Assembly (NCBI GenBank): GCA_025594325.1
Contig: JANHCV010000021.1
Coordinates: 1-20,409 of the forward strand
Direction: 5' to 3'
DNA: 20,409 nucleotides
From: Blastocladiella emersonii ATCC 22665
Taxonomy: Eukaryota > Fungi > Blastocladiomycota
Shown: in pieces, positions 1 to 6,363 of the stretch
How positions within the stretch are numbered: position 1 is the first letter of the stretch
Layout: the number at the start of each line of letters is the position of its first letter
Translations under genes and position numbers: made by a program
The notes under the pieces: generated by a model
Told to the model about the DNA's origin: nothing
Database searches by the model: none
What the model saw: only the letters and a program-made list of their open reading frames with translations

Positions 1-51
1 AATCGCAGCAAGCGAAGGGAATCAGTTTGATCAACGATCGTCAATCGCAGA

Positions 52-125
52 GGTCCCATAGCTCAGTTGGTTAGAGCGTGGTGCTAATAACGCCAAGGCC
101 GACGGTTCGACCCCGTCTGGGACCA
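52..125 (+). tRNA. trnI: tRNA-Ile(AAT)
   Basis: Acceptor GGTCCCA/TGGGACC+A; anticodon arm TGGTG-CT AAT AA-CGCCA; T-loop TTCGACC; T6 at 129-134. Confidence 0.97.
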
Positions 126-248
126 CTCTTTTTTCCTCCTCGCTCATCAGCACCGATCCTTGACGAGAATCTTCAGCGCTCGCTCGAGCCGCTTCGTGAT
201 TGATTACCTGGCTTGTACGCGCAAGAGCGCAAGCAGCAAAATGAAAAA

Positions 249-322
249 CGCTCTTGGGTGGACTCGAACCACCATCCTTTCGATTAACAGTCGAACGCGC
301 TAACCAATTGCGCCACAAGAGC
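249..322 (-). tRNA. trnN: tRNA-Asn(GTT)
   Basis: Minus strand GCTCTTG/CAAGAGC+G; arm TTCGA-CT GTT AA-TCGAA; T5 (A244-248). Confidence 0.97.
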
Positions 323-401
323 TCGCAGTAAGCTGCGGAAAGCTCAGCTTCGTTCGCCGCGAAAGCCGATCATCCAGACCAACTACTCGAGCTGATTCAA
401 T

Positions 402-474
402 GCGGAGTTGGCTCAGTCGGCAGAGCGTAGGTCTCATAATCCTAAGGTCGGGAGTTCGAGTCTCCCACTCCGCA
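402..474 (+). tRNA. trnM: elongator tRNA-Met(CAT)
   Basis: GCGGAGT/ACTCCGC+A; arm TAGGT-CT CAT AA-TCCTA with the U31-U39 pair typical of eukaryotic elongator Met; normal TTCGA T-loop; T5 at 481-485. Confidence 0.96.
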
Positions 475-567
475 TCATCCTTTTTGCTCGCGCGCGCCTT
501 GGATCAGTCGATCCTCGCGTAGAATCACACTCAACATCGCCGCGAGACCGCTCTGAGCAGCAAAAAA

Positions 568-649
568 CGACAACGACAGGATTTGAACCTGTGCAGGCAG
601 AGCCTAATTGATTTCTAGTCAATCCCCTTAACCACTCGGGCACGTTGTC
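568..649 (-). tRNA. trnS: tRNA-Ser(AGA)
   Basis: Minus strand GACAACG/CGTTGTC+G; arm ATTGA-CT AGA AA-TCAAT; long variable arm; T6 (A562-567). Confidence 0.97.
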
Positions 650-762
650 TTACACGCGGACACGCAACGGTCGATCAAGTTGCGCGAGCAAGAAAGCGAG
701 CGAGTCGATTGCGTTTGTTGCCGTAGCGGTTGGTGATCGATCGTACACGCTCAGAAATCGAT

Positions 763-845
763 GGGGAGATGGCCGAGTCGGTCTAAGGCGTCACGTTAAG
801 GCCGTGATCTCTTCGGAGGCGTGGGTTCGAATCCCACTCTCCTCA
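763..845 (+). tRNA. trnL: tRNA-Leu(AAG)
   Basis: GGGGAGA/TCTCCTC+A; arm TCACG-TT AAG GC-CGTGA; variable arm CTC-TTCG-GAG; T7 at 850-856. Confidence 0.97.
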
Positions 846-921
846 TCCCTTTTTTTCCCTCTCGCGAAGCATCTGGCTCGCGAGGGACGATCGTGAAGAT
901 AGACGCGCATCGGAGAAGCAA

Positions 922-993
922 GGCTCGATGGTCTAGTGGTATGATTCTCCCTTAGGGTGGGAGAGGTCCCGGGTTCAATCCCCGGTCGAGCCC
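922..993 (+). tRNA. trnP: tRNA-Pro(AGG)
   Basis: GGCTCGA/TCGAGCC+C (eukaryotic C73); arm CTCCC-TT AGG GT-GGGAG; T6 at 997-1002. Confidence 0.97.
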
Positions 994-1092
994 TTCTTTT
1001 TCTCGCTCGCTGTGAGCGGGACGAGCCTTTTGCGTCGCGTACAGCGCAAGAAAAAGGTGATCGACTCGAACTCGTCGCAGCAAAACGCGCTG

Positions 1093-1164
1093 CTCCGCAT
1101 CGGGGATTCGAACCCCGGCCACCTCGGTGAAAGCGAGGGATCCTGACCACTGGACCAATGCGGA
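1093..1164 (-). tRNA. trnE: tRNA-Glu(TTC)
   Basis: Minus strand TCCGCAT/ATGCGGA+G; arm CCTCG-CT TTC AC-CGAGG; T4 (A1082-1085). Confidence 0.96.
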
Positions 1165-1222
1165 TCTCGATGTGCGAGCGACTTGGAGGTCGAGAGCGAC
1201 CCGAGTACATGTAAACTTTGAT

Positions 1223-1304
1223 GTTCAGGTGGCCGAGCGGTCTAAGGCGCTAGTTTCAGGTACTAGTCTCTTCGGAGGCGAGGGTTCGAATCCCTTCCTG
1301 GACA
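1223..1304 (+). tRNA. trnL: tRNA-Leu(CAG)
   Basis: GTTCAGG/CCTGGAC+A; arm CTAGT-TT CAG GT-ACTAG; long variable arm; T4 at 1309-1312. Confidence 0.97.
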
Positions 1305-1589
1305 TTCGTTTTGCTCCCTCGCGCACAGCGCAAGCAGCGAAGCGTACACAGCTCGAGTCGGCGCACACGCTGCTGTGTCGCGAGGGCGGCTCCGATCGAG
1401 CTCTTTTTTCTCCAGAATGTAGTCGACAGTATGCTCGCTCCATGCTGAAAGCCCGAGCCTCATCGCTCTCATACAGCGCGAGTAATATGCGATCACCGAG
1501 GCCGCGGCGCACGATCGCCTCACGTCTCAAAGTCCAGCTCAAACTAGCGCAACAGCTCAAGGACAGTGTCGGCTCTACTTCACGCTCAC

Positions 1590-1984
1590 ACGGCCCTGGG
1601 TTCGATCCTGCTTGTTAGCGCATTTGCGAGTACCTTCGGATTTACTTTCACACTCAATCCGGGTCCGTTTGAGCTCGTACTCGAGTATGTTACATTGCTA
1701 TCTATTCTGGAGCTCCCGTATTAATCAAAAATTGATTGGGGCGATTTTGCTCCCGCACCACGTCTTGAGAGCCAAGAGGTCGCGGGTTCCATACCTGCCA
1801 CTTGCATTTGCATTTGTTTTACACGGGGCCGAGACACAAAACTCGGATTGCTCCCAAACTTTAACAGGGATCGTTATATGACGCGTGGACCTCAGAAAAT
1901 AATTTGCGCCTTTATTCCATTTATACAGCTCGAGTTGCGAGTGAGACGGAGTCGGGTCGCGGGTTCGATCCTGAGTGTGGTCAC
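1590..1984 (+). pseudogene. three degenerate tRNA-derived 3'-half (B-box/T-arm) remnants
   Basis: GGGTTCGATCCTG at 1598-1610 and 1961-1973; GGTCGCGGGTTC at 1778-1789 and 1955-1966; 1763-1798 folds as stem TCTTG/CAAGA + GGTC + T-arm GCGGG-TTCCATA-CCTGC; no 5' halves found. Confidence 0.5.
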
Positions 1985-2149
1985 TTGGTCGCTTTAGCTG
2001 GTCGACCGAGCGTATTAAATTGCAAAGCCATTTCTCAACGGATCTTTGATCTGTAAGTTGCATCATGTGTTCCTCTTTTACTCTGATTATATAAAAGTAA
2101 CAGATCGGCAAAGCATTGACAGATGCGAAAGCTCGGATGCACTGTCGAT

Positions 2150-2580
2150 TCCGGCGCTAGAGAACAGCTAGGCAGACGCCCTTGCACACGCAGGTTGGGG
2201 CACGTCACTGAACAAGATCAAAGGCAACAGATCCGCAAAAGCTGCAAAACTCAGGTCGCGACAGCGGTCCGTCCGACCCGGATCGACCCGAACCATTTTC
2301 CGCTACAAGGACGCTAGACAGAAGGCACTTCACATGGATGTTGGAGCACCTTGTTAGCTACGATTAGAAGCAACAGAATCAAAAAAGCTGTAAAACTCAT
2401 GTCGTGGGAGCGGTTCGACCGACCCGGATCGACCCGACCCCCAGTGCGCTACAGACATGCTAGACCAAAGGCGCTCCACATGAATGTTGGGGCACCTTGT
2501 TGATAATGATCAAGAGCAACAGATCCCAGAAAGCTGCAAAACTCATGTCACGGCACCGCCCCGACCGACCCGCACTCGAG
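2150..2580. repeat. 146-bp degenerate tandem subrepeat (two full copies plus partial flanking copies)
   Basis: GCAACAGA...AAAGCTG.AAAACTCA at 2224, 2370 and 2516; copies 2224-2369 and 2370-2515 align without gaps at ~76% identity by hand count. Confidence 0.9.
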
Positions 2581-2736
2581 TCGGTCCCCCGACATGGTCT
2601 CTTAAGATTTTTTCAATCTGTTGACTGCAATTGCTGCGGGAACTTAGCGCAAGCTTAAGTTTAGGAGGGCGCGCGAAAGCATTGAAGGATGCACCCGAGC
2701 GCACGTTTACGCACTCGAACACGTTCAAGTCGAGAG

Positions 2737-3086
2737 TTGACCCTGTTGCCGTCGGGATCATGCAAATCTGTTGACGCCATGCAACTCAGAATCACTGTAG
2801 CTATCCATTGATATCTGAGGCGTCATGATAGCCCAACGGGAAGGGGTCGAAATCGTGACACCGCGAGCAAAACTTTGGTGTCGCGCGGACTCGAACCGGT
2901 CGGGTCAATATTTGACCATGTTGCCGTCGGAATGATGCGAATCTGTTGACGCCATGCAACGCAGAATCGTTTTGCCTATCCATAGAGGTCTTAAGTGTCG
3001 CGAGAGTCGGTCGGGAACCTGGTGAAAAAGTGACGTTCTTTGGTCTCGGCGGGGGACTTGGCGAAATCGCGACCGATCGGCTGACT
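2737..3086. repeat. 175-bp degenerate tandem duplication
   Basis: 2737-2793 vs 2912-2968 match at 52/57; weaker colinear similarity continues downstream. Confidence 0.85.
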
Positions 3087-3263
3087 ACACTGTGCGCCGA
3101 GTCCCCCTTGGGGCGGGTCGCTTTTCGGTCTCCTTTGCCTCGAAACCGGCACCATCCTAGGCAATATATCACGGGGAACACGATGGTATCAACAGATTTC
3201 GCATAGGTCGGCTCTGAGGGGGTCAAAATCAAGTCTCGAGAAAAGAAAAGGGTAAAAAATGTT

Positions 3264-3336
3264 TACCCAGTGTGGGGCTCGAACCCACGACATTGAGATT
3301 AAGAGTCTCACGCTCTACCGACTGAGCTAACCGGGC
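3264..3336 (-). tRNA. trnK: tRNA-Lys(CTT)
   Basis: Minus strand GCCCGGT/ACTGGGT+A; arm TGAGA-CT CTT AA-TCTCA; T6 (A3254-3259). Confidence 0.97.
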
Positions 3337-3753
3337 TTGATATTCTACTCGAGCAATCACTTCATCTTGCGTTCCTGGCTGGACTTGAGCGTGGCGATCG
3401 GAGCTCGCGCTGGAGATCGTGGATGAGCGGGGGAGCACGCACGCGGCAGCTCGGCGATCACTAGCATCGCGCGCTCACTCTTCTTGCCGCTCGGATCGCT
3501 CACTGGTGCTCGCTTCACTTGTAAACGCCACGTTCGCTGCGTAGCGTTTGTCTCTCACTGTGGAGCGCCACAGTGATCTGGCGAGTGTGTTCGATCAACG
3601 AGCTTGTAGATGGACCGTCTCGGATGCTCAATGAGCGGTGGTGCTCGAACTGGAGCGGTACAGGTCGAGATACGGGCGAGCAAAGGTACGCGGGTCGATC
3701 AGCGCGGTTTGCGACTTGGCTTACTGTACGGCAGGTCGGCCCCGGACATCGAG

Positions 3754-3824
3754 GCATAGTTGGTTTAGTGGTATAATTACCGCCTGCCACGCGGTAGACC
3801 CGGGTTCGATTCCCGGACTATGCA
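3754..3824 (+). tRNA. trnG: tRNA-Gly(GCC)
   Basis: GCATAGT/ACTATGC+A; arm ACCGC-CT GCC AC-GCGGT; T5 at 3829-3833. Confidence 0.97.
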
Positions 3825-3887
3825 TCACTTTTTGCCCTTGAACTCGCCTCGCGCTCCGACCTTTTCGACCCCTTGCGACCGCATCCT

Positions 3888-4375
3888 TTACTCTTTTGCG
3901 AATCTGTCGACGCTACCCATGCGCTCGGGTCCTAGCGCATCCGTGTAGTCGAGTTTGGTGGCCTGAATCGACAAAAAGTTGCACGCGGTCCTTGCTGACC
4001 AGGTCCGCGCTAACCACTTGCAAATCTTGCAAGCGTTTGATGGTCTCTTGGGCGATGCCGACAACCTTGCGCACAATCGACGCGCACCACCGACTAGTTT
4101 GACTATGCGGGAGCTCGCGTTCAACAGATCCATGTGGCGTGCGCAAATGGGTGATCAAGGGCAGCGAGCGCGCTCCGATCCTGCACTTTGTGCGCTTGCG
4201 TCGCGAAGAGACGCGCGAACACGCCGATTCCACGTCGAGGCGGTCGATGATACTCTTGGGTCAGCATGTGTTGCGCGGCGGGCGGATCGCAATGATACTG
4301 GTCGAGTAATGAGCGGATGATCGACTCGAACACGCCTGCGGCGGGTCCTGTAGCGAGGACGCTCTCCAAAATTTC
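3888..4375 (-). pseudogene. possible decayed protein-coding fragment, unidentified
   Basis: Stop-free minus-strand frame 3913-4260 rich in G/C-ending codons (..IVRKVVGIAQETIKRLQDLQVVSADLVSKDRVQLFVD..) with an in-register antisense open frame 3979-4320; no family recognised. Confidence 0.25.
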
Positions 4376-4376
4376 A

Positions 4377-4450
4377 GTCTTCGTGGTGTAGTTGGTTATC
4401 ACGTCTGTCTAACACACAGACGGTCTCCAGTTCGAACCTGGACGAAGACA
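4377..4450 (+). tRNA. trnV: tRNA-Val(AAC)
   Basis: GTCTTCG/CGAAGAC+A; arm TCTGT-CT AAC AC-ACAGA; T6 at 4454-4459. Confidence 0.97.
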
Positions 4451-4534
4451 CTCTTTTTTCTCCTCGAGCTCGCTCGCTTTTCTCGCTACGCAAGTGCCGC
4501 GAGATCAGGATGCAGATCAAGAGACACAGAAGCA

Positions 4535-4606
4535 TCCCAATTGGTCCAGTGGTTAGGATCTCACGCTCTCACCGTGATGGCCGGGGTTCGATTCCCCGAT
4601 TGGGAG
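4535..4606 (+). tRNA. trnE: tRNA-Glu(CTC)
   Basis: TCCCAAT/ATTGGGA+G; arm TCACG-CT CTC AC-CGTGA; T4 at 4620-4623. Confidence 0.97.
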
Positions 4607-4749
4607 GAGTTTATTCTTCTTTTGCTCTCGCTCGCTTTTGCTCCGCGTCGTCGCGAGTGGCTCAGCCATAATACGGCGTTGTATTACGCTGTCTCGATGG
4701 CAAAACGAGCGAGTCGAGCGTGTGGCTCGCGCGCGAGAAGGAAAAAAAG

Positions 4750-4822
4750 TGGAGAATCGGGGTATCGATCCCCGTGCCTCTCGCATGCTAAGCGAGCGCT
4801 CTACCATTTGAGCTAATCCCCC
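4750..4822 (-). tRNA. trnA: tRNA-Ala(AGC)
   Basis: Minus strand GGGGGAT/ATTCTCC+A with G3:U70; arm CTCGC-TT AGC AT-GCGAG; eukaryote-type A54 T-loop ATCGATA; T7 (A4742-4748). Confidence 0.97.
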
Positions 4823-5193
4823 ATACTTTTAGACGGTGCAGCGAGCCTCAGATCGCCGAGCTCGGTTGCGGACTTGAACCGCGCGTTTCGCCATGTTCCC
4901 TTGGGCGGATCGACTCGCGCTTTCAGTATCACGCGTAGCACCACTGGATGCATGTCTCCTCCGAGTTACAGCTCAATCGGCTGCTTGGTGCGTGAGGGGC
5001 GATGTGCGTTGTCCAGGAGCGCTGCATCGTCTGCTGCTCACTCATGCAAGCGCGCGACCCGCTCTCGCGACGCGTTATACTGCGCGACGAAGCGGTCGAC
5101 ACGCTAGAGCGGTCACTCAGTTGAGAGCTAGTGCGTACGCGATGTAAAAGAGGAGAGAGCGAGCGGCTCTCGATCGAGAAGAATAATAAAAAG

Positions 5194-5266
5194 TGTCACC
5201 TCCGTGGATTGAACACGGGACCTTTAGATCTTCAGTCTAACGCTCTCCCAACTGAGCTAAGGTGAC
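5194..5266 (-). tRNA. trnF: tRNA-Phe(GAA)
   Basis: Minus strand GTCACCT/AGGTGAC+A; arm TTAGA-CT GAA GA-TCTAA; T5 (A5188-5192). Confidence 0.97.
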
Positions 5267-5380
5267 GTGAATGATCAAGATCGCAACGCGTGGTGACTCT
5301 CACCGCCGTGGCGAAGCTTTAATCGGATCAGGCAGCTCGGGTCGAGGCGATATAGCAGCGCGCTGTTGCTCTATCATCAT

Positions 5381-5463
5381 CCGACCATAGCTCAGTTGGT
5401 AGAGCGGAAGACTGTAGTGATATGGATATCTTTAGGTCCCTGGTTCGAATCCGGGTGGTCGGA
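5381..5463 (+). tRNA. trnY: tRNA-Tyr(GTA) with 10-nt intron (5418-5427)
   Basis: CCGACCA/TGGTCGG+A (eukaryotic C1-G72); arm GAAGA-CT GTA G[tgatatggat]A-TCTTT; canonical 37/38 intron position; T5 at 5469-5473. Confidence 0.96.
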
Positions 5464-5673
5464 CACTCTTTTTGCCTTGAGCACGCATCGAATGATCGAT
5501 CACACGCGTGACGCAGCGCACGCTCGTTTTGCAGCTGCGTTGGAGCGAGCCGAATCGACTGAGTCGCTCCCTCGCGCGCGTTCAAGTCTCCTGAAGCGCG
5601 CGTAGCAGCACGCTCGATCAGCAGCATTATTATCAGAGAGGATCGAGTAGCGCAGTTGCTTCGTACGATTGTA

Positions 5674-5746
5674 GCCTTCTTAGCTCAGTTGGCAGAGCGT
5701 CCGCCTAGTAAGCGGAAGGTCAGCAGTTCAAATCTGCTAGGAGGCA
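5674..5746 (+). tRNA. trnT: tRNA-Thr(AGT)
   Basis: GCCTTCT/AGGAGGC+A; arm TCCGC-CT AGT AA-GCGGA; T4 at 5747-5750 and T5 at 5753-5757. Confidence 0.97.
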
Positions 5747-5808
5747 TTTTGATTTTTCGTTTTGCGATCGAGCGGCAATAGATGAAACGCAGCGCGAGCA
5801 AAAAGGAG

Positions 5809-5880
5809 CTCTCCGGCCGGGAATCGAACCCGGGCCGCGTGCGTGACAGGCACGAATACTAACCACTATACTACCGGAGA
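5809..5880 (-). tRNA. trnD: tRNA-Asp(GTC)
   Basis: Minus strand TCTCCGG/CCGGAGA+G; arm CGTGC-CT GTC AC-GCACG; T5 (A5800-5804). Confidence 0.97.
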
Positions 5881-6290
5881 CCTTGATTTGTTACGGCTGC
5901 TGCAGTACAGGTACTCGCCGCCAGCTCGAGCCGACTTGCGCGAGCGATTACTCGAGACTCACGCAAGCAATCGACCTGATCTCGCGGATACCAGCTGCTC
6001 TCATGCTAGTCGAGAGCTATGCAAAGTCTCGCGCCGATCCGACGAGTCAATTCGTGTGAACGCGCTGTGCACGATTCGCGCGACGCAGCACTCATACGCG
6101 ATCAGCTGGTGTAGCGGGACGCCGATTCCAGCGCGGGCACATGCTTTCGACTCTGTAGCATCCATGGCGCGCCGCCGTTGCGCGAGATCTGCGGCAGAGT
6201 CCCGCGCAAAGCTGCTCGTCGCGACGCTCAAGTCAAAGTCCCTCGATTCGCGACGCGGTACCTGGGCGCTGTGCAGCCCGTCACATCGTT

Positions 6291-6363
6291 GGACCTATGG
6301 CCAAATGGATAAGGCGCCTGACTACGGATCAGGAGATTCCAGGTTCGATCCCTGGTAGGTTCG
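6291..6363 (+). tRNA. trnR: tRNA-Arg(ACG)
   Basis: GGACCTA/TAGGTTC+G; arm CCTGA-CT ACG GA-TCAGG; T4 at 6365-6368. Confidence 0.97.

Noticed and set aside
123-125. Genomically encoded CCA on tRNA-Ile
   Set aside because: The CCA is acceptor-stem positions 71-72 plus the discriminator; the next bases are CTC.
402-474. Initiator tRNA-Met
   Set aside because: It has G1-C72, a TTCGA T-loop and U31-U39; it lacks A1-U72, A54/A60 and the three consecutive G-C anticodon-stem pairs of eukaryotic initiators.
2150-3086. CRISPR array
   Set aside because: The repeats are long degenerate tandem monomers (146 and 175 bp) without short identical repeats and unique spacers; there are no cas genes and the context is eukaryotic.
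1305-3263. 5S rRNA, U6/U2 snRNA or SRP RNA in the long spacer or other gaps
   Set aside because: I found none of their conserved signature motifs on either strand by eye; an Rfam cmscan would be needed to exclude divergent ncRNAs.
3264-3336. G1:U72 pair in tRNA-Lys as an editing site
   Set aside because: A terminal G:U wobble is tolerated and the rest of the stem pairs; there is no evidence for editing.
5843-6358. Longest ORF (171 aa)
   Set aside because: It starts inside tRNA-Asp (antisense) and ends inside tRNA-Arg; composition is low-complexity, and the opposite-strand ORF is not in register.
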